Shown: positions 24,444 through 33,694 of the stretch, one piece after another
How positions within the stretch are numbered: the stretch's first letter is position 1
How the letters are laid out: each line of letters starts with the position of its first letter
The notes under the pieces: generated by a model
What the model saw: the letters and a program-made list of their open reading frames with translations, nothing else
Databases searched by the model: none
What the model was told of the DNA's origin: nothing
Position numbers and translations under genes: made by a program
Assembly: GCA_963742735.1 (NCBI GenBank)
Contig: CAVUMN010000004.1
Span: forward strand, 1,344,001 to 1,408,000
Direction: 5' to 3'
Length of the DNA: 64,000 nt
DNA from: an uncultured Actinomycetes bacterium
GTDB taxonomy: Bacteria; Actinomycetota; UBA4738; JBBDTT01

Positions 24444-25871
24444 CTACCTCGCGGCGATCAGGTCCGGCCCACTCCGTTGGTGGGCGACGCAGATGCAGTT
24501 GCCTTCCGCGTCGTCCGTGTAGGCGATGTGCGCCCGGCCCTGTGGGTCGATCGCCACATCGATGAAGTCGAGCAGGCTGCGGTTCGCGCCGACCGGCTCG
24601 AACACGGTGCAGAAGATCCCCAACACGCAGATGTCGCCGAAGTGCATCGGCTCCGTGGTGATCTTCTTCACCGTCCAGGTGGGCGCCGTCGAGCGCAGGT
24701 TGAGCGTCTGGGCCGCGTAGAGGTCCCATGTCGCGTCGGGGTCGCCTCCCGGGAAGGACTTGCCGTAGGGGAGGGTGGGCACGATCGTCTCGCTGCGCAG
24801 GTAGGTCACCACGGCCTTGCCCGGATCCCCCGCGGCGATCGCGGCGAACAGGTGTGAGCCCTTGGTGTTGTTCACCTTGAGGGGCTGGCCGCCGCCCGTC
24901 CAGGAGAAACCGCCGTCGAACGACGCCATCGCGAATGCGTCGACCTGGTTTCCCAGGTTCATGCCGAACGCGACGTAGGGGTTGCCGAGTCGGTCCAGGC
25001 TCAGGTCCGCGAACAGCGCGCTCGCGTCGTGGCCGAAACCGCCGTCGAAGACCCGACGGTTGGACCATGTGGCGCCCTCGTCGTCGCTCCACGCGATCCA
25101 GACGGTGTGGAAGGTGGTGAGCTGGGTGATGTTGCAGCCCGTTGCGAGATTGGTCACGACGTCGCCGGCCAGCCACAGGACATACACCCGCCCGGCGTAT
25201 GGGCCCTTCTTGGCCACCGCCAGCCCGCCGGGGATCGTGTCGCAGAACGAGTCGAGGTTCGCCTCCGCTCCGAGCACATCGACCGGCTCGCCGAACGTCT
25301 TCCCCCCATCCTTCGAGGTGTTGACCCAGATCTGGCTGGGGACGAAGTCGTGATAGGTCAGATAGACGCGCGCTTCGTGGGTGGTCTTCCCCGGGGGAAT
25401 GAACGCGTCGGTCCACTGGCGATCGACGAAGAACGCCGAGTTCGAGGCGTTGGTGCCACCGTCGGTCAGGCCCTTCTGCGGCCAGGTGGCTCCGTGGTCG
25501 AAGGACTTGTAGACGTCGCCCTGGAGGGAGCCGTTGAGGTTGGACTCGTAGACGGCCCCCGACGAGTCCACGTTCACCGTGGTGTCGCCCGAACCCGTGT
25601 CCGCGAATCCGCCCTGGGTCCAGGTCCGGCCGCCGTTGTTGGAGCGGGCGAAGTGCATGCCGCCGTCGCCCGGCCAGGAGGTGTAGATCCATCCATCCTT
25701 CGCGACCGCGATCGAGGGCTCGCCGCCCGTCTTCTCGTGCACGTTGGAGATCTGGAACGACAGCCCGGCCGGCTTCTTCGGCTTGACCTTCTTCTTCGCG
25801 GCGCCGGCGGTGGTGGCCAGTGTGGTGATGAGGACGGCGGCGATCAGTGCCGAGAGCAGCTTGCGGGTCAC
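24444..25871 (-). CDS. Secreted BNR/Asp-box (sialidase-fold) protein
   Basis: Signal peptide and repeated S.D.G.TW boxes (SNNGGRTW, SFDHGATW, SKDGGKTF, SDDEGATW, SFDGGFSW). Confidence 0.82.
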   Translation of the reverse strand: MTRKLLSALIAAVLITTLATTAGAAKKKVKPKKPAGLSFQISNVHEKTGGEPSIAVAKDGWIYTSWPGDGGMHFARSNNGGRTWTQGGFADTGSGDTTVNVDSSGAVYESNLNGSLQGDVYKSFDHGATWPQKGLTDGGTNASNSAFFVDRQWTDAFIPPGKTTHEARVYLTYHDFVPSQIWVNTSKDGGKTFGEPVDVLGAEANLDSFCDTIPGGLAVAKKGPYAGRVYVLWLAGDVVTNLATGCNITQLTTFHTVWIAWSDDEGATWSNRRVFDGGFGHDASALFADLSLDRLGNPYVAFGMNLGNQVDAFAMASFDGGFSWTGGGQPLKVNNTKGSHLFAAIAAGDPGKAVVTYLRSETIVPTLPYGKSFPGGDPDATWDLYAAQTLNLRSTAPTWTVKKITTEPMHFGDICVLGIFCTVFEPVGANRSLLDFIDVAIDPQGRAHIAYTDDAEGNCICVAHQRSGPDLIAAR

Positions 25872-25906
25872 GACGGTGTGCCTCCTTCGGCGTGGGCGTG
25901 CTGAGC

Positions 25907-27631
25907 CTATTCGACGATCAGCAGAGTCTGACCTGTCTCCACCACGTCGCCCGCGGACACCTCGATCGTGGTCACGGTGCCGTCGGCGTGGGCGGCGATG
26001 TGGTTCTCCATCTTCATGGCCTCCAGGATGCACATCACGTCACCCGCGCTGACCTCCTGGCCCGGCTCGACCATGACCTGCAGGATCGTGCCCTGCATGG
26101 GAGCGGTGATGACGTCGCCCCCTCCCTGATGGCCGCCGCCGCGCGACCCGAGAGAGGCCGGGGGCCGAGGGGCCGGCGAGACGCCGTCGCCCCACATCCG
26201 CACCGGGAAGCGGCGGCCCTCGACCTCGGCCTGGATGAGGACCGACCGGCCGTCCCCGGCCGCGGGAGACGCCGGCTCGGCCTCGCCGAGGGGCCCGTCC
26301 TCCAGCGCGACCTCGACCCACCGCGTGGTGGCGGTCGCCTCGATGAACTCCTTCGTCTCCAGCACCCAGCGGTGGAAGGGGATGGTGGTGGGGATGCCCT
26401 CGACGCGCATCTCGCCGAGGGCGCGGAGCATGCGCCGGCGCGCCCGTTCGCGGTCCCCGCCCCACACGACGAGCTTGCCGAACAGCGAGTCGTAGTCGCC
26501 GGGGATGGTCCGGCCCTCCTCGAACCCGGCGTCCAGGCGAACGAACGGCCCGCCGGGTGGGATGAGCCGGGTGATCTTCCCGGGGCCGGGGAGGAAGTCG
26601 TGGTACGGGTCCTCCGCGTTCAGGCGGCACTCGATAGCGTGGCCTCGGCGGTCGGGCGCGACGTCGACCTTCTCACCGAGCGCCGCCGCGATCTGGAGGG
26701 CGACAAGGTCCAGCCCCGTGACCATCTCGGTGACGGGGTGCTCGACCTGCAGCCGCGCGTTGACCTCCAGGAAGTAGTACGACCCGTCGGTGTCGTCCAC
26801 CAGGAACTCCACGGTGCCCGCGTTCTGGTAGCCGACCTCCTTGGCCAGGGCCAGGGCGGACTCGCCGATCCGTCCGCGGAGGTCGTCGTCCACGATCGGG
26901 GACGGGCTCTCCTCGACGAGCTTCTGGTACCGGCGCTGAAGGGTGCAGTCGCGCTCGCCCAGGAAGCTCACGTTCCCGTGGCGGTCCCCGATGATCTGAG
27001 CCTCGACGTGATGGCCGCGCTCGATGTAGCGCTCCAGGTAGACCTCGGGGCGCCCGAAGTACGACTGCGCCTCTCGGGCCGACCGGGCCACGGCCTCGTC
27101 GAGCTCGCCGGGCTCGGTGACCACGTGCATGCCGCGCCCTCCGCCTCCGTACGCGGCCTTGACCGCGATCGGGAAGCCGATCCGGGCCGCGGCCTCGGAG
27201 GCCTGGTCCGGGGTGATCGGGTCGGGGGTTCCGGGGACGGTGGGGACTCCCACCTTCTCGGCGGTGCGGCGGGCGGTGACCTTGTCGCCCATGGCGTCCA
27301 TCGCCTCCGGCGGCGGGCCGATGAACGTGAGCCCGGCGGCCGCGACGGCGCGGGCGAAGTCGGCGTTCTCGGCGAGGAAGCCGTAGCCGGGGTGCACCGC
27401 CGTCGCGTTCGAACGGCGGGCGGCGTCCAGGATGGCCTCGACCTTGAGGTAGGACGAGGCGGCGGGCGCGGGGCCCAGCCGGTACGCGTCGTCGGCCATG
27501 TCCACGAACAGGGCCTCGCGGTCGGCGTCGGAGTAGACCGCGACGGTGGGAATCCCGAGCTCACGGCACGTACGGATCACGCGGACGGCGATCTCTCCGC
27601 GGTTCGCGATGAGCACTCGGGTCTCGGCCAC
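25907..27631 (-). CDS. Acyl-CoA carboxylase alpha chain (biotin carboxylase + BCCP)
   Basis: LIANRGEIA, HPGYGFLAEN, GGGGRGM, RLQVEHPVTE and EAMKM motifs. Confidence 0.95.
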   Translation of the reverse strand: MAETRVLIANRGEIAVRVIRTCRELGIPTVAVYSDADREALFVDMADDAYRLGPAPAASSYLKVEAILDAARRSNATAVHPGYGFLAENADFARAVAAAGLTFIGPPPEAMDAMGDKVTARRTAEKVGVPTVPGTPDPITPDQASEAAARIGFPIAVKAAYGGGGRGMHVVTEPGELDEAVARSAREAQSYFGRPEVYLERYIERGHHVEAQIIGDRHGNVSFLGERDCTLQRRYQKLVEESPSPIVDDDLRGRIGESALALAKEVGYQNAGTVEFLVDDTDGSYYFLEVNARLQVEHPVTEMVTGLDLVALQIAAALGEKVDVAPDRRGHAIECRLNAEDPYHDFLPGPGKITRLIPPGGPFVRLDAGFEEGRTIPGDYDSLFGKLVVWGGDRERARRRMLRALGEMRVEGIPTTIPFHRWVLETKEFIEATATTRWVEVALEDGPLGEAEPASPAAGDGRSVLIQAEVEGRRFPVRMWGDGVSPAPRPPASLGSRGGGHQGGGDVITAPMQGTILQVMVEPGQEVSAGDVMCILEAMKMENHIAAHADGTVTTIEVSAGDVVETGQTLLIVE

Positions 27632-27681
27632 GTCGCACCCTCTCGGGGGATACTGCCGCGCCGGCGAGGAGGGCCGGGCGG

Positions 27682-28464
27682 ATGCTGGATGAGGATAGCC
27701 TGCGATCGGCGGCCGAGACCTATGGCGGCGAGGTCGTCTGGAGGAACTCGACCGGCTCGACGAACGCCGACGCGGTCGCGCTCGCCGAGGCAGGAGCCCC
27801 GCATCTGTCGGTGGTCGCCGCGGGCCATCAGACCGCCGGGCGCGGGCGGCTGGGGCGCACGTGGGAGACCGCTCCCGGGTCGTCCCTCCTCATCTCCGTG
27901 GTGTTGCGGCCGAACGTCGAACCGGAGGCGGCCTCCCTCATCCCCCTGCTCGCCGCGCTGTGCATGGGCGAGGCCTGTGGAGGAGGATTCGGGATCGAGA
28001 CGCGGATCAAGTGGCCGAACGACCTGCACGTCAACGGCCGAAAGCTCGCCGGGATCCTGCCCGAGGCGAAGGTGAGCGCCGGCGCCCTCGAGTACGTCGT
28101 CGTCGGTGTCGGGGTCAACCTCTACCAGCGGACCGAGGACTTCCCGCCCGAGATCAGGGAGCGGGCCACGAGCGTGGTCCTCGAGGGCGGCACGCCCGAT
28201 GTGCACGAGGAAGAGTCCGCGGTACACACCTACCTGTGGGGCTACACCCTGTACGACCTGACCACGGACGACGCCCGCGCGAGGATCGTGGGCAACTCCC
28301 GGCACCTGTGCGAGACGATCGGACGCGAGGTTCGGGCGACGACCACCGACGGGCGCGAGGTCGTCGGGACGGCGGTCGACCTCGACGAGCGCGGGGGACT
28401 GGTCATCGAAGCCGACGGGACGCGGGAGACCGTGGCGTTCGGCGAGGTCCATCACCTGCGCTAA
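27682..28464 (+). CDS. birA: Biotin-protein ligase
   Basis: STN, QTAGRGRLGR.W, KWPND, KLAGIL and GVGVN motifs. Confidence 0.93.
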   Translation: MLDEDSLRSAAETYGGEVVWRNSTGSTNADAVALAEAGAPHLSVVAAGHQTAGRGRLGRTWETAPGSSLLISVVLRPNVEPEAASLIPLLAALCMGEACGGGFGIETRIKWPNDLHVNGRKLAGILPEAKVSAGALEYVVVGVGVNLYQRTEDFPPEIRERATSVVLEGGTPDVHEEESAVHTYLWGYTLYDLTTDDARARIVGNSRHLCETIGREVRATTTDGREVVGTAVDLDERGGLVIEADGTRETVAFGEVHHLR

Positions 28465-28473
28465 CCTGCGGGC

Positions 28474-29157
28474 GTGGCGTTCCCGCGGAGGTTGCTGGCC
28501 GATCACGAGCAGCTGGTGCTCGACATGCGGCCGCACTGGATCGCGCTGGTGTGGCCGGCCGCCCAGGCGATCGTGATCATCATCGGGTTCGGCGTCGTGT
28601 GGAGGTACACGCCCGACACCTGGCCCGAGTGGGTCTACCTGGCGGAGCTCGGGCTGGCCCTCTTCCTGCTGCTGGCGTACCCGGTCCGGCACCTCATAGC
28701 GTGGCTGACCAGCCACTTCGTGGTCACGTCCGACCGGGTCATCCACCGCGAGGGTTGGTTCGCGAAGAAGTCGATGGAGATGCCGCTCGAGCGGATCAAC
28801 GACGTGCGCTTCAAGCAGTCGGTGTTCGAGCGGATCGTCGGGGCCGGGGACCTGGTGATCGAGTCGGGCGGCGAGTTCGGCCAGAACCGGTTCACCGACA
28901 TTCGCAAGCCCGAGGACGTGCAGAAGACGATCTACGAGATGTCCGAGAAGAACCAGGCGCGCCCGGGCGCGCCCGCGACTCCCACCCGCCCCACGGACCG
29001 GTTCGAGGCGGACTACCGGACCACCGAGACCGTCGAGCGTCCGCCCAGTGTGACGGAGCAGCTCGAGCGGCTGGCCGATCTCCGCGAGCGAGGCGTGATC
29101 AACGAGGCCGAGTTCCAGGAGGCCAAGGAGCGTGTCCTGGACGACGCGCCGGAGTGA
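28474..29157 (+). CDS. Membrane protein with bacterial PH domain and C-terminal SHOCT
   Basis: RPHW, two TM helices, VT..RVI.REG, and C-terminal LERLADLRERGVINEAEFQEAK. Confidence 0.85.
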   Translation: MAFPRRLLADHEQLVLDMRPHWIALVWPAAQAIVIIIGFGVVWRYTPDTWPEWVYLAELGLALFLLLAYPVRHLIAWLTSHFVVTSDRVIHREGWFAKKSMEMPLERINDVRFKQSVFERIVGAGDLVIESGGEFGQNRFTDIRKPEDVQKTIYEMSEKNQARPGAPATPTRPTDRFEADYRTTETVERPPSVTEQLERLADLRERGVINEAEFQEAKERVLDDAPE

Positions 29158-29161
29158 TTCG

Positions 29162-29833
29162 GTGGCGTCCTCGCCGGCATTCGAGCCGCTGACCACGGCG
29201 CTGCGCGACGGCACCCGCGTCCTGATCCGCCCCATCGCCGCCGACGACAAGGAGCTGCTCGTCCGCGGGTTCGAGCAGCTCTCCGAGCAGTCTCGCTACC
29301 GGCGGTTCCTGGCCCCGGTCCCGAACCTGTCGGACGCCCAGCTGAAATACCTCACCGAGGTCGACCACGACGCCCACGACGCGTTGCTCGCGGTCGACGC
29401 GGGCGAGCCGTCGCGCGGCTACGGCGTGGCCCGCTACGTGCGGCTGCACCAGGAGCCCGAGATCGCCGAGGCGGCGGTGACCGTCATCGACGAGTACCAG
29501 GGCAAGGGACTGGGCACGCTCCTCCTCGCGCTCCTCGCCCGGCTGGCGGTCTCGCGCGGGATCCGGAGCTTCCGCGCCTACGTGCTGTCGGAGAACCGGC
29601 CGATGCGCGACCTGCTCGAGTCGCTGGGCGCCGACGTCGACCACGGCGTGAACGTGCGTCACGACTCGCCCGGATTGCTTCGCATGGACACTCCGCTGCC
29701 CTCGGATCCCGAGGCCGTCCTGGACACGCCGGCCGGCGAGATCCTGCGCGCCGTGGCCCGCGGCGACATCCCCGAGGTCGCCACCGACCGGCGCACGGGA
29801 GAGATCGAGATCGTGCGCCTGGAGCCGGAATAG
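29162..29833 (+). CDS. GNAT family acetyltransferase (Pat-like GNAT domain)
   Basis: LRDG..V.IRPI, SRYRRF, AEAAVTVIDEYQGKGLG and N.PM motifs. Confidence 0.85.
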   Translation: MASSPAFEPLTTALRDGTRVLIRPIAADDKELLVRGFEQLSEQSRYRRFLAPVPNLSDAQLKYLTEVDHDAHDALLAVDAGEPSRGYGVARYVRLHQEPEIAEAAVTVIDEYQGKGLGTLLLALLARLAVSRGIRSFRAYVLSENRPMRDLLESLGADVDHGVNVRHDSPGLLRMDTPLPSDPEAVLDTPAGEILRAVARGDIPEVATDRRTGEIEIVRLEPE

Positions 29834-29845
29834 ACTCGGCTCGGC

Positions 29846-30208
29846 ATGAGCGACTTCGTCCGGGGCATCGATCACGTCTACTACTGGACCGGCGACATGG
29901 ACCGCGCGGTCGACTTCTACAAGGACGTCCTCGGCCTGAACCTGACCCGCCGCGAGGGCTCCAACTGGGCCGAGTTCGAGGCGGGCCCGATCCGGTTCGC
30001 GCTCCACGGCGCGGTCGAGGGCCATCCGTTCACCCCCGGGGGCGCGACGGCTTCGTTCCAGGTGAGCGACCTCGACGCCGCGGTCGCCGCCGTCGAGTCC
30101 CGCGGGGCGACGATCGGGCACCGGGGCGAGGTCGGCACCGAGGCCCGCTACGCGATCCTGCAGGACCCCGACGGCAACTCGGTCCAGCTCATCGAGTACG
30201 CCGGGTAG
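29846..30208 (+). CDS. VOC/glyoxalase family protein
   Basis: D..RA..FY..VLG and DPDGN.VQL motifs. Confidence 0.88.
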   Translation: MSDFVRGIDHVYYWTGDMDRAVDFYKDVLGLNLTRREGSNWAEFEAGPIRFALHGAVEGHPFTPGGATASFQVSDLDAAVAAVESRGATIGHRGEVGTEARYAILQDPDGNSVQLIEYAG

Positions 30209-30217
30209 TCTTCGGAC

Positions 30218-31765
30218 ATGGCAGAGGAGTCGCGTCCCGACCACGCCGAGGCCATCGCCCGGGCCGCCGAGGCGGCCCACGCCGGCGGCGCGGAGAAGTA
30301 CCACGCGGCCAACGCGGAGAAGGGCAAGCTCTTCGTCCGCGAGCGGCTTCGCCTGCTCCTGGACGGCGCCGACGGGTTCGCGGAGGACGGCATCCTGGTG
30401 AACGCCCTGGCGGGCGACCTCCCCGCCGATGGCGTGGTCACCGGCGTCGGAACCGTCAACGGCCGGCCCGTCGCGGTGATGGCCAACGACTCCACGGTCA
30501 AGGCGGGGTCGTGGGGCGCACGCACCGTCGAGAAGATCATCCGGATCATCGAGCTGGCCCGGAAGCACGAGCGCCCGATCGTGTACCTGGTCGACTCGGC
30601 GGGGGCCCGCATCACCGACCAGGTCGACCTGTTCCCCGGCCGGCGCGGCGCGGGGAAGATCTTCTACAACCAGGTCCAGGCGAGCGGAAAGGTCCCGCAG
30701 GTGTGCTGCCTGTTCGGCCCGAGCGCGGCCGGCGGCGCGTACATCCCCGCGTTCTGCGACGTCGTGTTCATGGTCGAGGGCAACGCCTCGATGTACCTCG
30801 GCTCGCCCCGGATGGCCGAGGAGGTCATCGGGGAGAAGGTGACCCTCGAGGAGATGGGCGGGGCGAAGATGCACACCGAGGTCTCCGGGTGCGGCGACCT
30901 GCTGCTCCCGGATGAGAAGTCCACGATCGAGGCCGCCCGCCGGTACCTGACGTTCTTCCCCCGGTCGTTCCGCGAGACGACCGAACGGACGGAGCCGCGG
31001 CCGCCGGCGCTCGCCTCGTTCGAGGGCGTGGTGCCCGACAACGAGCGGATCGCCTTCGACATGCGCAAGGTCATCGACGCGGTCGTCGACGACGGCTCGA
31101 CGTTCGACGTCAAGCCGTCGTTCGCGAAGGAGCTCATCACCACGCTGGCCCGGATCGACGGGCGCGCCGTCGGGATCGTCGCGAACCAGCCGATGCAGAA
31201 GGGCGGCGTGCTGTTCGTCGACTCCGCCGACAAGGCCGCGCGGTTCATCTGGCTGTGCGACGCGTTCAATCTCCCGCTCGTGTTCCTGGCCGACGTGCCG
31301 GGGTTCATGATCGGCACCGCCGTGGAACGGCAGGGGATCATCCGCCACGGCGCCAAGATGATCACCGCGGTCAGCGAGGCCACCGTCCCGAAGTTCAGCG
31401 TGATCGTTCGCAAGGCCTACGGGGCCGGGCTGTACGCGATGGCCGGCCCGGGGTTCGAGCCCGACGCCACGATCGCCCTGCCCACCGCGCGGATCGCCGT
31501 GATGGGTCCGCAGCCCGCGGTGAACGCCGTCTACTACAACAAGATCCAGGCCATCGAGGACGAGGCCGAACGCGAGGCGTTCGTTGCGGACAAGCGCCGG
31601 GAGTACGAGGAGGACATCGACATCCTCCACCTGGCCGCCGAGAACGTAGTCGACGCGGTGATCCAGCCCGACGAGCTCCGCGACGAGCTGATCCGCCGGC
31701 TCGCCGCCGCCGAGGGCAAGGAGCGGCACTTCAGCGAACGCCGCCACGGCGTTCCTCCCGTATGA
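30218..31765 (+). CDS. Acyl-CoA carboxylase beta subunit (3-methylcrotonyl-CoA carboxylase-like)
   Basis: DSAGARI, SAAGGAY, DVPGFMIG and RKAYGAG motifs. Adjacent to a hydratase and HMG-CoA lyase. Confidence 0.88.
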   Translation: MAEESRPDHAEAIARAAEAAHAGGAEKYHAANAEKGKLFVRERLRLLLDGADGFAEDGILVNALAGDLPADGVVTGVGTVNGRPVAVMANDSTVKAGSWGARTVEKIIRIIELARKHERPIVYLVDSAGARITDQVDLFPGRRGAGKIFYNQVQASGKVPQVCCLFGPSAAGGAYIPAFCDVVFMVEGNASMYLGSPRMAEEVIGEKVTLEEMGGAKMHTEVSGCGDLLLPDEKSTIEAARRYLTFFPRSFRETTERTEPRPPALASFEGVVPDNERIAFDMRKVIDAVVDDGSTFDVKPSFAKELITTLARIDGRAVGIVANQPMQKGGVLFVDSADKAARFIWLCDAFNLPLVFLADVPGFMIGTAVERQGIIRHGAKMITAVSEATVPKFSVIVRKAYGAGLYAMAGPGFEPDATIALPTARIAVMGPQPAVNAVYYNKIQAIEDEAEREAFVADKRREYEEDIDILHLAAENVVDAVIQPDELRDELIRRLAAAEGKERHFSERRHGVPPV

Positions 31766-32538
31766 GCTTCGCGGCGTTCGAGCGGCGCGACCGGATCGCG
31801 ATCGTGACCCTGAGTCGACCGGAGGCGCTCAACGCCATCTCGTCGCAGGTCGCCGACGACCTCCGGGACGCCTTCCAGGCCGTGGCCGCCGACCACGAGG
31901 CGTGGGTGATGGTCCTGCGCGCCGAGGGCGAGAAGGCGTTCTGCGTGGGCGCCGACCTCAAGGAACGCGCGGCGTTCTCCGACGACGACTGGCGCGAGCG
32001 GCGGCATCACATCCACGACATGTTCGAGGCGCTGCGCAGAATCCCCCAGCCGACGATCGCGAGCGTGTTCGGCTTCGCCCTCGGCGGCGGCTTCGAGCTC
32101 GCCCTGTCGTGCGACCTGATCGTCGCCGCCGACGACGCCAAACTCGGGGTTCCCGAGGTCCGCGTGGGGATCATCCCGGGGGGCGGCGGCACCCAGATGC
32201 TGCCCCGCAAGGCGGGACTCTCACGCGCCAAGGACCTGATCTTCACCGCTCGCCAGGTCACCGCCGACGACGCCGCGGCGATGGGCGTCGTGGCCCGCGT
32301 CGTCTCGCGCGCCGACCTCGAGGCCGAGACCATGAAGCTCGCCGGCGAGATCACCGCAAACTCGCCGGTCGCCGTGCGCCAGGCGAAGCTCGCCATCGAC
32401 CAGGGCTTCGACGTCCCCCTCGAGGAAGCCATCGACATCGAAGGGCAGGCCTGGCGGCACGCGGTCGACTCGAAGGACCGGGCCGAGGGCATCGCCGCCT
32501 TCGTCGAGAAACGCACGCCCGGCTGGTCGGGGGAGTGA
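31762..32538 (+). CDS. Enoyl-CoA hydratase (methylglutaconyl-CoA hydratase-like)
   Basis: FCVGADLKER, ALGGGFELAL and PE..GIIPGGGGTQ motifs. Confidence 0.9.
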   Translation: MSFAAFERRDRIAIVTLSRPEALNAISSQVADDLRDAFQAVAADHEAWVMVLRAEGEKAFCVGADLKERAAFSDDDWRERRHHIHDMFEALRRIPQPTIASVFGFALGGGFELALSCDLIVAADDAKLGVPEVRVGIIPGGGGTQMLPRKAGLSRAKDLIFTARQVTADDAAAMGVVARVVSRADLEAETMKLAGEITANSPVAVRQAKLAIDQGFDVPLEEAIDIEGQAWRHAVDSKDRAEGIAAFVEKRTPGWSGE

Positions 32539-32550
32539 GTCCCGCCGGAC

Positions 32551-32596
32551 GGTGACATACATCACCCTTCACTTCCACCTACGGAGGGCGTAGCGT
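32551..32596 (+). promoter_or_regulatory. CRP-like palindrome next to a candidate sigma70-type promoter
   Basis: GGTGA-CATACA-TCACC at 32551-32566. TTCACT (32568-32573), N17, TAGCGT (32591-32596). Confidence 0.5.
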
Positions 32597-32665
32597 GGAG
32601 GTAAGCGACGTCATCGAGGCGCCGCCCATGCGCTCGCCGGTCACGGCGAGGAGAGGGGGGCAGCA

Positions 32666-32839
32666 ATGGCGGCGAAGAAGATCACGCCGGCGGACGCGGC
32701 CAGCAAGAAGGTGTCGGCTGCTTCCACCAAGGCCACGAAGACGGTCCGTGCTGCGCGCGCGACCCGAGCCACGCGCGCCACTCGTGCCACGCGCGCGGGA
32801 TGGGTCGACAACCACAACGAGACTCTGATCTCGGGCTGA
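32666..32839 (+). CDS. 57-aa basic repeat peptide ending RAG-WVDNHNETLISG (not in ORF track)
   Basis: Strong RBS AGGAGAGGGGGG ending 5 nt before ATG. MAAKKITPADAASKKVSAASTKATKTVRAARATRATRATRATRAGWVDNHNETLISG*. The RAT repeats use different synonymous codons. Confidence 0.75.
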   Translation: MAAKKITPADAASKKVSAASTKATKTVRAARATRATRATRATRAGWVDNHNETLISG

Positions 32840-33672
32840 TCACGAGCGGACAGGCTCTCGCGACGCCGCAGTTGGAGGTCGCGCACTGCCGCGCGGTGCG
32901 CCTGCGCGACGAGGGCCAATATCCGGAGGCCTGGGAGGCGTTCGAAGTCGCGCTCGGTCTGGTCGACGAGGTGGATGCGGGTCCGCTCGTTGTCGCCTCG
33001 CTTCTGAACGATCTAGGCGTGCTCGGCAAGTACTCGGGGCGGTTCGACGAAGGCGAGCAGGCCTACCGCCGTGCTCTCGGCCTGGCGGAGGCCGATCCCG
33101 GCGGCGCTCCCCTGGTTGCGACGCTGCTCCACAACCTTGGCGGTCTGGATCACGCACGCGGAGATCTCGCTCGGGCGGAGCCGCTGGCGCGTCAAGGGCT
33201 CGAGATGCGTATCGCGCTGCTCGGTCCTGATGACCCCGCGGTGGCCGCGGACCGAGCCGCGCTGGCCCCCATCCTCGACGGGCTCGGCCGGGCGGACGAG
33301 GCCGAGGAATTGCTTTCCCAGGCGCTCCAGGCGTTCGAGTCCGCGGGGATGGCCAATGACCTCGACGCCGCCGTGGCCCTGCACAATCTGGCGGCCCTCC
33401 GCCACCGGCGGGGCGACCGGGAGGCGGCCGAGACGCTCTACCGCGAGGCCCTCGTCGCCAAGGAAGGCGTTCTGGGGAGGGATCACCCGGAGCTCGCGAT
33501 CACCTTGGTGAACCTTGGGGTGCTTCTCGCCGAGACGGGCCGAGCCGTCGCAGCGGCGAAGCGCCTGCGACACGCGATCCGCCTGCTGGAGGGGAACGTC
33601 GCGGACGACCACCCGACGCTTCTGGCCGCAACCGCCCGTCTCGAATGCATCGCGGGTGAACGGACGACCTGA
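32800..33672 (+). CDS. Stand-alone tetratricopeptide repeat protein (start uncertain: 32836 CTG, 32872 TTG or 32896 GTG)
   Basis: Kinesin-light-chain-like TPRs: LNDLG, LHNLG, GPDDP, LHNLA, GRDHP..A..L.NLG, DDHP. Confidence 0.85.
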   Translation: MGRQPQRDSDLGLITSGQALATPQLEVAHCRAVRLRDEGQYPEAWEAFEVALGLVDEVDAGPLVVASLLNDLGVLGKYSGRFDEGEQAYRRALGLAEADPGGAPLVATLLHNLGGLDHARGDLARAEPLARQGLEMRIALLGPDDPAVAADRAALAPILDGLGRADEAEELLSQALQAFESAGMANDLDAAVALHNLAALRHRRGDREAAETLYREALVAKEGVLGRDHPELAITLVNLGVLLAETGRAVAAAKRLRHAIRLLEGNVADDHPTLLAATARLECIAGERTT

Positions 33673-33694
33673 GCGCCTCGGCTACGCTCACGTC

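Noticed and set aside
32595-32828. 77-aa ORF-track call overlapping the peptide gene
   Set aside because: Arg/Pro-rich off-frame reading. The 32666 frame has the RBS and synonymous variation within its repeats.
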